From assembly GCA_963720545.1 (NCBI GenBank), contig OY970399.1, positions 1,024,001 to 1,088,000 on the forward strand: a stretch of 64,000 nucleotides of DNA. Direction: 5' to 3'. Both the position numbers and the translations under genes were made by a program. A model generated the notes under the pieces. That model did no database searches. It was not told the origin of the DNA and worked only from the letters and a program-made list of their open reading frames with translations. Of the stretch, positions 20,784 through 32,804 are shown one piece after another. Numbering within the stretch: the first letter of the stretch is position 1; every line of letters starts with the position of its first letter. Source of the stretch: an uncultured Acidobacteriota bacterium (lineage in GTDB: Bacteria > Acidobacteriota > Vicinamibacteria > Fen-336).

Positions 20784-21722
20784 ATGAGTGAAGCAACGAC
20801 AACCCCCGCGGCGCTCCTGCAATCCGACTTGCCGGGCGTGAAGCTCTGGCGGCGCGGCAAGGTCCGGGACGTCTACGATCTCGGCGACCGGCTCCTGATC
20901 GTCACCACCGACCGCCTCAGCGCCTTCGACGTGGTGCTGCCGACGCCGATCCCCGACAAGGGGCGCGTGCTGACGCAACTATCGCTCTTCTGGTTCGAGA
21001 AGCTGCGCTCGGTCATCGAGAACCACATCATCTCCGCCGACGTCGCCGACTTCGGCCCCGAGCTGGCACCACATGCCGCGCAGCTCGAAGGCCGCTCGAT
21101 GCTCGTGGCAAAAACCGATCCGCTGTCCGTCGAGTGTGTGGTGCGCGGTTACATCACTGGTTCGGGTTGGAAGGATTACAGGAGTTCCGGAGCCGTCTGC
21201 GGCATCGCCCTGCCCGCCGGCCTGCGCGAGTCGGACCGCCTCGAGCCGGCGCTCTTCACGCCATCCACCAAGGCCGAAGTCGGTCACGACGAGAACATCT
21301 CGTTCGCCGAAGTCGCGGCGCAACTGGGCGCCGAGCGCGCGGCGCAGATTCGCGATGTCAGCCTCGCCCTCTACAGCGCCGCTCGCGACCATGCCGAGAC
21401 CTGCGGCATCATCCTCGCCGACACCAAGTTCGAATTCGGCGTGAAGGACGGCCGCCTCATCTGGATCGACGAAGCGCTGACGCCGGACTCGTCGCGGTTC
21501 TGGCCGAAGGACGAGTACGCCCCGGGACGCGCTCAGCCCAGCTTCGACAAGCAGTACGTTCGCGACTATCTGGAAACCGTCACCTGGAACAAGACCCCGC
21601 CCGGGCCCGAGCTGCCCGAGGAAGTGGTCGCCCGAACCCGTGAAAAATACGTCGAGGCGTACGTCCGCCTGGCCGGCAAGCCGCTGCCGGGCGCCGCTTC
21701 CCCAAAGGAACCCGGAAAGTGA
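20784..21722 (+). CDS. purC: SAICAR synthase
   Basis: [38 protein letters not shown]. Confidence 0.96.
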   Translation: MSEATTTPAALLQSDLPGVKLWRRGKVRDVYDLGDRLLIVTTDRLSAFDVVLPTPIPDKGRVLTQLSLFWFEKLRSVIENHIISADVADFGPELAPHAAQLEGRSMLVAKTDPLSVECVVRGYITGSGWKDYRSSGAVCGIALPAGLRESDRLEPALFTPSTKAEVGHDENISFAEVAAQLGAERAAQIRDVSLALYSAARDHAETCGIILADTKFEFGVKDGRLIWIDEALTPDSSRFWPKDEYAPGRAQPSFDKQYVRDYLETVTWNKTPPGPELPEEVVARTREKYVEAYVRLAGKPLPGAASPKEPGK

Positions 21723-21925
21723 AGCAGGAACTCGAGGCGCTGGTGACTGAGATGGTCGACAAGGGCATCCGCTTCGACGACGCCCGGCGCGAGTTCGAGA
21801 AACGCTTCATCGTCAAGGTGTTGCAGCGCCACCGCGGCAACCTCTCGCGCGCCGCCCAGGACCTGCGCATCCACCGCAACACCCTGGGCAAGAAGGTCTC
21901 GGAGTACAAAATCCCCGTCGTCTAG
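21719..21925 (+). CDS. Small Fis-type HTH protein
   Basis: [17 protein letters not shown]. Confidence 0.8.
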   Translation: MKQELEALVTEMVDKGIRFDDARREFEKRFIVKVLQRHRGNLSRAAQDLRIHRNTLGKKVSEYKIPVV

Positions 21926-21933
21926 AAGATCCT

Positions 21934-21960
21934 TTGGCACTCAAGGTCTTTGAGTGCTAT
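21934..21960 (+). promoter_or_regulatory. CIRCE element (HrcA operator) overlapping the probable groE promoter
   Basis: TTGGCACTC-N9-GAGTGCTAT versus consensus TTAGCACTC-N9-GAGTGCTAA. Confidence 0.88.
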
Positions 21961-22065
21961 ATTCTCAACAGGAACACACCCTCGAGCCCCCGGGTCGCAA
22001 TGCGGGCAGCGCGCCCCAGAATCCCCGGACAACTCGAAACTATTGCGTCCAAAGGAGATAGCTGC

Positions 22066-22353
22066 ATGAAGGTTCGTCCGCTTCACGATCGCCTCCTGAT
22101 CCGCCGGATCGAGGAGAAGGAGTCGGTCAAGGGTGGGATCATCATCCCGGATTCCGCGAAGGAAAAGCCCCAGGAGGGCGAGGTCATCGCGGTCGGCAAC
22201 GGGAAGATCCTCGAGAACGGCACCAAGGTGGCCCTCGACGTCAAGGCCGGCGACAAGATCCTGTTCGGCAAGTATTCGGGCACCGACATCAAGGTCGACG
22301 GCAAAGAGTTCCTCATCCTCCGCGAGGATGAGGTTCTGGCTGTCATCGGCTAA
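22066..22353 (+). CDS. groES: Co-chaperonin GroES
   Basis: MKVRPLHDR...[21 protein letters not shown]. Confidence 0.97.
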   Translation: MKVRPLHDRLLIRRIEEKESVKGGIIIPDSAKEKPQEGEVIAVGNGKILENGTKVALDVKAGDKILFGKYSGTDIKVDGKEFLILREDEVLAVIG

Positions 22354-22380
22354 GCGAAACAAGGAATAAGGAGACTTTAG

Positions 22381-24006
<1,626 letters not shown>

Positions 24007-24073
24007 GCGTTTGCGAAGCAAACGCCTAGCCTCCTGAGCCGCCGCCCGTTGCGATCGGCTCAGGAGCCTCAGT

Positions 24074-24114
24074 AAAAAAAGGGGAGCCCGACTTCGGGCT
24101 CCCCTTTCCTTTTT
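24074..24114. terminator. Bidirectional intrinsic terminator
   Basis: A7-GGGGAGCCCGA-CT-TCGGGCTCCCC-TTTCCTTTTT between convergent genes; two more hairpins at 24003-24029 and 24031-24066. Confidence 0.85.
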
Positions 24115-24162
24115 ATTTCCGTTCGTCCGTTCTTTCGTTCCAGGCGCTTGCGTCAGCGTCCG

Positions 24163-26246
24163 TTACTTCGCCGGCTGTGCCGCCCCCGCCCCCGGCTTCA
24201 GGAACTTGCCGTACCAGTCCAGGTACCGCTGCAGCCGATCGCGCTCGTAGCTGGGCATCGTGATGCCGTGGTACTGGCCCGGGTAGATCACGAGCTGCGT
24301 CTCGACGCCGAGGCTCTTCAGCGCCTGGTACATCTGCTCGCCGCCGACGATCGGCACGTTGAAGTCCTTCTCGCCGCCCAGGAACAGCGTCGGCGTCTTG
24401 ATGCGGTCGGCGTGGAAGAACGGATAGGAGATCTTCATCCACAGGTCCGGGGTTCTTCCACGGCGGAGCGATTTCGAGGTCGTACTGGAGCGTGTAGCGG
24501 TCGACGCCGTACATGGTGAGCTGCAACGAGCTGCCGGCGCCGCTGATCGCCGCCTTGAAGCGCGTGATCGGTTGCGATCGTGTAGTTGGTGGAGATGCCG
24601 CCGTAGCTCCAGCCGCCGATGCCGAGGCGGTCGGGGTCGGCAATCCCCTGCTTCACCGCCTCGTCAACCGCGCCCAGCAGGTCCACCACTTCGAGGTGGC
24701 CCCAGTCGGCGTAAGATCGCCTTCTGGAACGCGTTGCCGCGGCCGGCGCTGCCGCGATAGTTGATCGCCAGCACCACATAGCCGTTGGCCGCGAACAACT
24801 GGCGGTCGAAGCTCCAGGCGTGCTCGTCCTGGCCGTTCGGTCCGCCGTGGATGTAGAGGATCGTCGGGTATTTCGTGCCGGGCTTGTAGCCGGCTGGCTT
24901 GACGATGAGGCCGTGAACCTCGGTGCCGTCCTTGCTCTTCGACTGGAAGTCTTCGGTCGTAGCCAGCTGCAGTTCAGCGATGCGAGCTTGTCGTTGTGCT
25001 TCGTCAGCTGCCGCAGCTTGCCGGCTTCGAGCGCGTAGACCTCGGCCGAGCTGGCTCGGCGTGGTTGCGAGACCGCGAAGTTGCCGTCCTTGCCGGCGCT
25101 CAGGGGCGCGCACCACCCGCCTGCCGGTGGCTGTGCGTCTGGAGCGTTGCCGTTCGGATCGCCAGCCGGCACCGCGGCCAGAGTGACGGTGCGATCGTCC
25201 TGCAGCAGGAAGGTGAGTCGCTTGCCGTCCGCTGACCACTCGGGGTTCGAGACGGCGCGATCGAGCTGCGGCATGCACCGCGGTCGGCTCGCTCACCGCG
25301 GCGCCGCCTGCCTTCGGCACGTTCACGACCATCAGCTTGTTCAGGCCGTAGGCGCTGTACTTGTCGACGTCGCCCAGGAGCACGGCGATGCGCGTGCCGT
25401 CCGGGCTCCAGCGCGGACGGCCGTTCTCGCCCGCCTCGGTCGCCGTCACGCGGCGCGGCTCGGCGCCGGCGCGCGCCTCGACCACCCAGACGTCGTCGTT
25501 CGCCGGTGCGATCCGGATCCTGCTCGGCCGCGCTTGCTGAGGAACGCGATCTGCTTGCCGTCGGGTGACCAGCTCGGGCTCTCGTCGTCGGCCTGGCCGG
25601 TCGTGATCGTGGTGGCGGTCCTGGTCGCGACGTCGAAGACGGCGACGTGCCCGTAGAGGCGCTTCAGGTAGCCCGACACGTCTTCCTTGAAGCGGTAGCG
25701 GTCGAGGACGATCGGCGTCGCGGTCTTGCGCTTCCAGCCTTCCTTCTTCTCCGGGTCGTCGAGTCGACGTCGAAGTCGTTGGCGATGAAGGCGATGCGCT
25801 TGCTGTCGGGCGACCACTGGATGTCCTCGGCGCCGCCCTTCAGGTCGCTGACCTTGATGCGCTTCGCCGCCGGCGCGGTTCAGCAGCCAGATCTGCGCGC
25901 CCTTCTTCTTTTCTTCCTCGTTGCCGCGCGACGACAGGAACGCGAGGTACTTGCCGTCGGGGCTGAAGCGCGGCGAGATCTCGCTGTCCTCCGAGGAGGT
26001 GAGCTGCACCTGCTCGCTGCCGTCCCACTTCACCATCCAGATGTCGGTGTTGCGCTTGTCCTTGTCGACGTTGGTGGTGCTCACGGTGTAGGCCACCCAG
26101 GCGCCTTCCGGCGAACGCTGCGGGTCGGAGACGCTCGCAAAGCGCGGCAGGTCGTCGACGCGGATCGGCCGGCGCGCCGTCTGCGGCTCGCTTCGCGATG
26201 CGCACGCAAACAGCACGGCAACAAGGACGGCGGTGCTACGGGTCAT
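24163..26246 (-). pseudogene. S9 family acylaminoacyl peptidase with about 8 frameshifts (pseudogene or consensus errors)
   Basis: Signal peptide, SPDG propeller repeats, IHGGP, GWSYGG, EKDFNV and YHG are split across all three frames. Confidence 0.8.
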
Positions 26247-26268
26247 GCTTCCTCCGACGAGTGTTGGC

Positions 26269-28335
26269 CTAGCGAGGCAGGCGGAATTCGACGCGCACGG
26301 TGATCCAGGTGCCAACCGGCGCACCGGTCCTGGTCGCGGGACGATAGCGCCGCTGGCGCACGTTGTCGACCGCCGCCTCGTTGAGCCCGGACTTGCCTGC
26401 GACGCCGCGCAGCACCTGGGTTTCGGTCACGACGCCTTGCGTGTCGACGAAGGCGCGCACCTCGACGGTGCCCTCGACGCGCTGGCGCAGCGCCAGCGGC
26501 GGGTAGTTGAGCCGCGGCGCGTTCTGCAGGATTGGCGGCACCACCACTGCGGGCGTCGCGGCAGCGATCGGCGACGCCGTCGGCACGGCGGTCGGCTCGG
26601 GAGTGGGTGCCACGGTCGGGACGACCGCTGGCTGTGCCACTTCGACGGTGGCGGTCGCCAGCGGCGTCGGCGCGGGCAGCGTTGGCGTCGGCGTCGGCAC
26701 CGGAGTCGCGGCGGCCGCCGCCGCAGCAGCCACCGCGGCGGCCTGCTGCTGCACTTCCAGCTCGCGCGCCAGGTCGGCGGCGCGGCGTTCCTGCAGCTGG
26801 CGCGACTGCTCGACCGCTTCGTCCTGCGCGCGGCGCAGCGCGGCGGGATCGACCGCCTGCCCGCGCTGGCGCGCCTGCGCCTCGATGCGCAGCCGCGCCT
26901 CCTCGGAAGCCTTCGCCGAAGCCGCGGCCTTTTCTTCCTCGATCGTCTTCAGCTTCGCCTCGAGCTCCTGCACCTTGTTGAGCGCCGCCTGCATCTCCGG
27001 CGTCAGCGGCGGGGGCGTCGGCGGCGCCGGCGCGCGGCGCGTCAGGAAGAAGGCCGCGAGGCCGCCCGCCAGCAGCACCGCCACGGCGCCGGCGATGAGC
27101 GGCCAGGAGGTGCTGCGCCGCGCGGTGGCGAGGATGATCGGCGGGTGATGCGCGGTCTCGACGCGCGGATGCGGCTCGGTCGTGTCCACGGGACGCAGCT
27201 CATCGAGGCGGTAGGGCTCGGTCCGGTCGCTCACGGCCGGATCGGGACGCGCCGCCGGGGCGGGCGGCGGCAGCGGCCGGGCTTCCGGAGGTGGTCCGGC
27301 CGGTGCGGGGCTCGGCGGCGCGCCACGAGGCACCTGCGGCGCCGGCGTCTCGTCCACCAGGAACTCGGCGTAGCTCGCCTCGCGCTCCTGCTTGATGAGC
27401 GCGGTCTCGCGCTCCAGCTGTTCGCGGAACAGCGAGTGCATCAGGAACGCAAGGTTGAAGGTGGTCGGTGTGAAGTCGCCGGAGAACAGCAGCGTGTCGA
27501 TCGCCTTGCGCATCTCCTCGATCTGCGCGTAACGGTCGCGCGGGCTCTCGGCGAGCGAGCGCCGCAGGATCTCGGCGATGTGCTCGGGGATGTTGCGCGG
27601 CTCGACCGACGGGTCCTGCAGGCGCGCGGCCGCGATGTGCGCCGCCACCTCGTCGGTCCTGCCTTCCTGGTTCCAGCGCTCGCCGGTCAGGCACTCGAAC
27701 AGGATGGCGCCCAGCGCATAGACGTCGGCGCTCGCGTCGCCGGGCCCGCCGCCGCGCTGTTCGGGAGCGAGGTATGCGAGGTCGTCGGCGCCGAGGGCAC
27801 GGCCTTCGCGAATGCGGCTGCGGCCGACGCCGAAAAAGCGCGTGCGCACCTCGCCGTCGTTCGAGAGCATCACCGCTGCCGGGTTGAGGAGGCCGTGCAG
27901 GAAGCGCTGGCCGTCTTCGGCCTTGCGCGCATGCGCGAAATCGAGCGCCGAGCACACCTTGCTCGCGATCAGCAGCGTGTGGTTCGCGGAGAAGGGAAAG
28001 CCCTCCTGCCGGCAGCGCGCCAGGATCGTCTTCAGGCTGCGCGCCTCGAGGAACTCGTAGGAGATGTAGTAGTTCGACTCGATCTTGCCGATGCCGTGGA
28101 CCTTGAGGATGTAGGGATTCTGCAGGGACGCCGCCTGCTTGACGTGCTCGAGCACGTCCTTGGCAAGCTCCGCCGTCGCGGAAATCGCGGGATTGAAGCG
28201 GATGATCGCGACCAGCCGTTCGAAGCCGGACGTGCTCAGCTTGGCGGCACGATACTCGGTGCCGAGGCCGGTCGTTTCGATCTCGTCGAGCAGAACGAAG
28301 CGCCCGAACTTCTCTCGCAAGTTGTCAGTCCCCAA
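26269..28335 (-). CDS. Kinase-like (probable pseudokinase) domain - TM - coiled coil - TonB C-terminal domain protein
   Basis: YLAPEQ and DVYALG retained; C-terminal YPPLA...GTVEVRAFVD...YRPA TonB_C. Confidence 0.8.
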   Translation of the reverse strand: MGTDNLREKFGRFVLLDEIETTGLGTEYRAAKLSTSGFERLVAIIRFNPAISATAELAKDVLEHVKQAASLQNPYILKVHGIGKIESNYYISYEFLEARSLKTILARCRQEGFPFSANHTLLIASKVCSALDFAHARKAEDGQRFLHGLLNPAAVMLSNDGEVRTRFFGVGRSRIREGRALGADDLAYLAPEQRGGGPGDASADVYALGAILFECLTGERWNQEGRTDEVAAHIAAARLQDPSVEPRNIPEHIAEILRRSLAESPRDRYAQIEEMRKAIDTLLFSGDFTPTTFNLAFLMHSLFREQLERETALIKQEREASYAEFLVDETPAPQVPRGAPPSPAPAGPPPEARPLPPPAPAARPDPAVSDRTEPYRLDELRPVDTTEPHPRVETAHHPPIILATARRSTSWPLIAGAVAVLLAGGLAAFFLTRRAPAPPTPPPLTPEMQAALNKVQELEAKLKTIEEEKAAASAKASEEARLRIEAQARQRGQAVDPAALRRAQDEAVEQSRQLQERRAADLARELEVQQQAAAVAAAAAAAATPVPTPTPTLPAPTPLATATVEVAQPAVVPTVAPTPEPTAVPTASPIAAATPAVVVPPILQNAPRLNYPPLALRQRVEGTVEVRAFVDTQGVVTETQVLRGVAGKSGLNEAAVDNVRQRRYRPATRTGAPVGTWITVRVEFRLPR

Positions 28336-28415
28336 AAGCCATCACGGGTGGGCAGGCCGGAAAGTAGCAGATCGCGCAAACGACCGCAATTTGCGGCGTA
28401 CATCGCTCACAATGC

Positions 28416-29306
28416 TCAGTTTGGCGGCTCCAGGAGCTGCTCGGCGCCGCCCGGATTGCGCACCACTACCCGGTCTTCGGCGACGCTCACCACCGTGTAG
28501 CCGTCCAGGGTGCCGCCTGGGCCGAGGACGGCTATTTGCGACCCGAGGCCGAGGACCGCCAGCAGCGTCGAGCCCCTGCGGACCATGCCGACGAGCCGCA
28601 CGACGGGAACCGCCAGCGCCGGGTTCGGCGCGGCCGCCGGAGCCGTGCTCTCTGCGAGCGCGGGACGCCGTGGCCTGGAAAAGGCCAGTTCGGATGCGGC
28701 TGCCGGCGGCTCGGGCGCTGCGCCGAAGCGAAACGGATCGCGGCCCCAGGCACCAGCGGGTCGCTGCGCGGTGACCGGAGCGGCTGCCGCAGCCTCGGCT
28801 GGTGCGGCCGCCGCCGCCTCGGGCGCCGCCAGCTCGATGGCGTAGGCGATCTCCGCGTTCTCGTCGGCCTGGGACAATGCCGCGGTCTGGATCACGAAGC
28901 CGTTTTGTTCCGGGGCGAGGGCATCGAGCAGCTGCGACACCGCCGCAAACCGGGCGCTGCCGTTGATGCGTGCGCTCGCCGCGAAGGGCGGCTTGCCGGC
29001 TTCGACGTCGAGCTCCACGTCGCGGATGCCGGCGCGAGCGGTGACCGCGAGCACCTGGCGGCGCAAGGCGAGCGTGGGGTTCGAGGCTCCGCCGGCCGCC
29101 GCGGAGCGCGCTGTGCGGTTCCAGAGCCCCAGCTGCCGCGCCCGCTGCGCCGCCTCGGCGCTGTTGCGGGCCGCGGCGAGGCGCGCCTGCTGGAAGCTCG
29201 CGCGCAACGCGTCGGCTTCCGCCGCCACCGGGCGCGTGTAAGCAAGATAGAGGGCAGCGCTGCACAGCAGCAGCAGCGCGCCGATGCGCGCTGGGCCGGC
29301 CGTCAC
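28416..29306 (-). CDS. PilO/GspM-like membrane protein with PilP/GspC-like C-terminal domain
   Basis: N-terminal TM and coiled coil; RDPF...RLVGMV...GGTLDGYTVVSV; third gene of a coupled operon. Confidence 0.5.
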   Translation of the reverse strand: MTAGPARIGALLLLCSAALYLAYTRPVAAEADALRASFQQARLAAARNSAEAAQRARQLGLWNRTARSAAAGGASNPTLALRRQVLAVTARAGIRDVELDVEAGKPPFAASARINGSARFAAVSQLLDALAPEQNGFVIQTAALSQADENAEIAYAIELAAPEAAAAAPAEAAAAAPVTAQRPAGAWGRDPFRFGAAPEPPAAASELAFSRPRRPALAESTAPAAAPNPALAVPVVRLVGMVRRGSTLLAVLGLGSQIAVLGPGGTLDGYTVVSVAEDRVVVRNPGGAEQLLEPPN

Positions 29307-29806
29307 TTGGCAACCCGCAGCGACGCGCGCACCCGGCCATCGACCTCGGCGCCGCGCGATTCGCCGCCCGGCAGCACCTGCTCGATCTCGGTGCGGCGCG
29401 CCAGCTGCTCGAGCACCGTGTCGTACGCTTCCGGGCGGGTCGCCGTGATCCCGAGGTCGAGACGCGATCCCGAAGCGTACACGATGGCAATGCGCGTGAA
29501 GCGCGCATCGCGCGGCAGCTCGGCGGCGAGTCCGGCCACGATCGACGCAGGTGAATGTTGTACGCCCTGCTCCAGCTGAGAGGCTGCCGCCAGCACTGGT
29601 TCCGGTCGGTTTCCCTGCGCCCGCGGGGACAGCGGCACCTGCGATTCGGCGCGAAGGAGCGACGCGCGCGCCGCGCTGCGGGCGGCGGTCGCGGCATACG
29701 CACCCCAGGCCGACCACAAGGCGAAGAAGGCGCCGACGCCAAGCAACAAGGCGCCGGCGCGCGGGGTATGGGCGCTGCGCCGCGACGAAAAGTCGGGGCC
29801 GCTCAC
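29303..29806 (-). CDS. PilN-like membrane protein
   Basis: DF+TM N-terminus and LPRDARFTRI; follows the PilM-like gene. Confidence 0.5.
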   Translation of the reverse strand: MSGPDFSSRRSAHTPRAGALLLGVGAFFALWSAWGAYAATAARSAARASLLRAESQVPLSPRAQGNRPEPVLAAASQLEQGVQHSPASIVAGLAAELPRDARFTRIAIVYASGSRLDLGITATRPEAYDTVLEQLARRTEIEQVLPGGESRGAEVDGRVRASLRVAK

Positions 29807-30651
29807 GCGCCGGCCCTGGCCCAGACGAGCTCGAAGGGCTCGACCGCGACGCCCTCGTGGCCCAGCGTCCAGCCGGCGGCCGCGCGCCGGCCGCGCCGCA
29901 GCAGCTCCGCGATCACCAGGGACGCGCCGCGGCCGACCACTCGGATCTGGTCTGGCTCCTGGCCGGCTGCCAGGGCGGTGCGCTCGGCTTCGTCGGCGAT
30001 GCGGCCGCTGTCTTTGGCGCGCGTGCGCCGGCGGGTGCGAAAGGCACGCAGGCCGCCGCCGTCCGAATGGGTGAGCGAATAGGCCGCGTCGCCCAGGATC
30101 ACGTCCACCACCCCGCCTTCGGCGCCCTTGCCGGCGCCGAGCCCCGCCACGGCGAGGAACGGTGCCAGTTCGGCGCGGGCCACCGCGGCGCCCGCATCCG
30201 CCAGCACCTGTTCGTATTCGCTCACGATGCGCCGCCAGACGAGGCCCGCTAGGTGTGCGCCGCCCGCGACCTTGAGCGTGCCGACGACCGCCTCCGAAGC
30301 CGGAAACGCGAGCCCCTGGCCCAGGCGGAAGCGCGCGAAATGGTCGGGCGCCACGTTGCCCGGCGGCTCCACCAGGCCGGTGCGCGCCGTACCGTCCGGC
30401 AGCACCAGGGTTACGGGCGAGGAGCCTGTGCCGAGCGCCGCGAGCACCCGCGCCAGGGCCTCCAGTACCGCGTCGCGGTCGAGGATGTTGGCTTCGAATG
30501 GCCGCGGCTCGAGCGCGCCGCCGGGAAGCGGCGCGGCGGCGAACGACGCGAGGCGCGGCCCGCGGAAGCCCGCACGCAGCTCGCCGCCCTCCACCTGGCC
30601 TCGGTCGATGGCGACGAACAGCGAGCCCGACGCGAGCTTCATGGGCTTCAT
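29803..30651 (-). CDS. PilM/GspL-like cytoplasmic protein
   Basis: AAPLPGGALEP...NILD...VTLVLPD...FRL...FP...EYE pattern. Confidence 0.6.
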   Translation of the reverse strand: MKPMKLASGSLFVAIDRGQVEGGELRAGFRGPRLASFAAAPLPGGALEPRPFEANILDRDAVLEALARVLAALGTGSSPVTLVLPDGTARTGLVEPPGNVAPDHFARFRLGQGLAFPASEAVVGTLKVAGGAHLAGLVWRRIVSEYEQVLADAGAAVARAELAPFLAVAGLGAGKGAEGGVVDVILGDAAYSLTHSDGGGLRAFRTRRRTRAKDSGRIADEAERTALAAGQEPDQIRVVGRGASLVIAELLRRGRRAAAGWTLGHEGVAVEPFELVWARAGA

Positions 30652-30707
30652 CTTATTAGTTATGATGGCCGGAATTCGTTTTCGCACAACTGGGGAGGTC
30701 GCGTTTC

Positions 30708-32804
30708 ATGACCCAGGGCACGAGCCAGATACGCAACGTCGCAGTCGTCGGCCACGGCGGCTGCGGCAAGACCAGCCTCGTCTCCGCGTGTCTCTTCGCC
30801 ACCGGCGCCACCAGCCGCCTCGGCCGCATCGACGACGGCACCACCCCCACCGACTTCGACCCCGACGAGATCGAGCGCAAGATCAGCCTGCAGTCCGCGG
30901 TCGCGTTCGCCGAGTGGCGCAAGGTCAAGATCAACTTCATCGACGCTCCCGGCTACGCCAACTTCTTCGCCGAGGCGAAGTCGGCGCTGCGGGTCGCAGA
31001 CGCCGCGCTGTTCGTCGTCGACGCGGTGGCGGGCGTCGAGGTGCAGACCGCCAAGGCGTGGCGGGTGGCCGACGAATACGGCCTGCCGCGCCTGGTGGTG
31101 GTGAACCGCATGGACCGCGACCGCGCTTCCTATGACCGGGTGCTGGAGTCGCTGCAGAAGGCGTTCGGCCGCGGCTGCGTGCCGATCGCGATGCCGCTCG
31201 GCGAAGAGAAGGCGTTCGTCGGCGACGCGAACCTGGTGAGCGGCCAGGCGCTCGTCTACGGCCACGACCAGTCGGGCAAGTTCCAGCAGGTGGAGGTGCC
31301 CGAAGAGGTGCGCGCGCGTTCCGCGGCGAACCGCGAGGCGCTCATCGAGATGGTCGCCGAAACCAACGAGAGCCTGATGGAGGAGTTCTTCGAGAAGGGC
31401 AGCCTGCCCGCCGAAGACCTGTTGAAGGGGCTGCGCGAGGCGTTCCTGGCGCGCGCCATCTTCCCGGTGCTGCCGGCCTCGTCGCTGCTGAACGTCGGCA
31501 TCCATCCGATCCTCGACGCCATCGTCGACCTCGCCCCGTCGCCGGCCGAGCGCGAGCCCGTCTCGGGCCACGAGCCGCATTCGAAGGACGCCATCGTGCG
31601 CCGTCCCGATCCCGCCGAGCCGTTCGCGGCGCTGGTGTTCAAGACTCTCGTCGACCCGCACGCCGGGCACATCTCGATCTTTCGCGTGTTCTCGGGAACC
31701 CTGAAGGGCGACTCGGTGGCGCAGAACAGCAGCCGCGACACCGCCGAGCGCGTCGGCCACCTGTTCTTCCTGCAGGGCAAGAACCAGAGCCCGGTCGGCG
31801 AAGTGACGGCCGGCGACATCGCCGCGGTGGCGAAGCTCAAGGACACGCGCACCAACGACACGCTGTGCGACAAGGCGCACCCGATCGTGCTCGACCCGAT
31901 CGTGTTCCCCGAAGGCGCCACCACCTTCGCAATCGAGCCGAAGACGCGCGGCGACGAGGACAAGATCTCGGTGGCGCTGCACCGCCTCATCGACGAGGAC
32001 CCGGTGGTGCGGCTGTCGCGCGACGCGCTCACCCACGAGATGCTGCTCACCGGCATGGGCCAGCTGCACGTCGAGGTGATCGTCAACCGGCTGCGCAAGC
32101 GCTACAAGGTCGAGGTCAACCTCAAGCGGCCGAAGATCCCCTACCAGGAGACGATCAAGTCGACCGCGGAGGGCCATGGCCGCCACAAGAAGCAGACCGG
32201 CGGCCACGGCCAGTTCGGCGACTGCAAGATCCGCGTGCGGCCGCTGCCGCGCGGCGCCGACTTCAAGTTCGTCGACGAGATCTTCGGCGGCTCGATTCCG
32301 CGCAACTTCATCCCGGCGGTCGAGAAGGGCATCCAGGAGGCGCGCATCAAGGGTTACCTTGCCGGCTACCCGATGATCGACTTCCAGGTGGAGCTCCTGG
32401 ACGGCGCCTACCACGACGTCGATTCATCCGAGATGGCCTTCAAGATCGCCGGCTCCCTGGCCTTCAAGGACGCGATGGCCAAGTCGCGGCCGACGCTGCT
32501 GGAGCCGGTGATGAAGGTCGAGATCAACGTCCCCGACGAGTTCTCCGGAGCGGTCATGGGCGACCTCTCGGGGCGCCGCGGCCGGCCGCAGGGCCTGGAC
32601 GCCCAGGGCGGCACCCAGATCATCCACGCCGAAGTGCCGCTTGCCGAGATGCTCTCCTACGACGCCGACCTGACGTCGATGACCGGCGGCCGGGGAACTT
32701 ATCACATGGAAATGGCGCACTACGACGAGGTGCCGTCGCATCTTCAGGAGAAGATAGTGGCTGCGGCCCGGGCTGCCCGGGGCGAAGTCAAGGAGGAAGC
32801 GTGA
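30708..32804 (+). CDS. Elongation factor G paralog (EF-G2)
   Basis: [42 protein letters not shown]; canonical fusA is present separately. Confidence 0.92.
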   Translation: MTQGTSQIRNVAVVGHGGCGKTSLVSACLFATGATSRLGRIDDGTTPTDFDPDEIERKISLQSAVAFAEWRKVKINFIDAPGYANFFAEAKSALRVADAALFVVDAVAGVEVQTAKAWRVADEYGLPRLVVVNRMDRDRASYDRVLESLQKAFGRGCVPIAMPLGEEKAFVGDANLVSGQALVYGHDQSGKFQQVEVPEEVRARSAANREALIEMVAETNESLMEEFFEKGSLPAEDLLKGLREAFLARAIFPVLPASSLLNVGIHPILDAIVDLAPSPAEREPVSGHEPHSKDAIVRRPDPAEPFAALVFKTLVDPHAGHISIFRVFSGTLKGDSVAQNSSRDTAERVGHLFFLQGKNQSPVGEVTAGDIAAVAKLKDTRTNDTLCDKAHPIVLDPIVFPEGATTFAIEPKTRGDEDKISVALHRLIDEDPVVRLSRDALTHEMLLTGMGQLHVEVIVNRLRKRYKVEVNLKRPKIPYQETIKSTAEGHGRHKKQTGGHGQFGDCKIRVRPLPRGADFKFVDEIFGGSIPRNFIPAVEKGIQEARIKGYLAGYPMIDFQVELLDGAYHDVDSSEMAFKIAGSLAFKDAMAKSRPTLLEPVMKVEINVPDEFSGAVMGDLSGRRGRPQGLDAQGGTQIIHAEVPLAEMLSYDADLTSMTGGRGTYHMEMAHYDEVPSHLQEKIVAAARAARGEVKEEA

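Noticed and set aside
24163..26246. Programmed frameshifting or phase variation in the peptidase
   Set aside because: Too many shifts, and no slippery or homopolymer tracts evident at the switch points
31865..32800. Upstream extension of the TonB-like ORF suggesting an EF-G2 fusion
   Set aside because: Different frame from EF-G2; the signal peptide begins at GTG 32801
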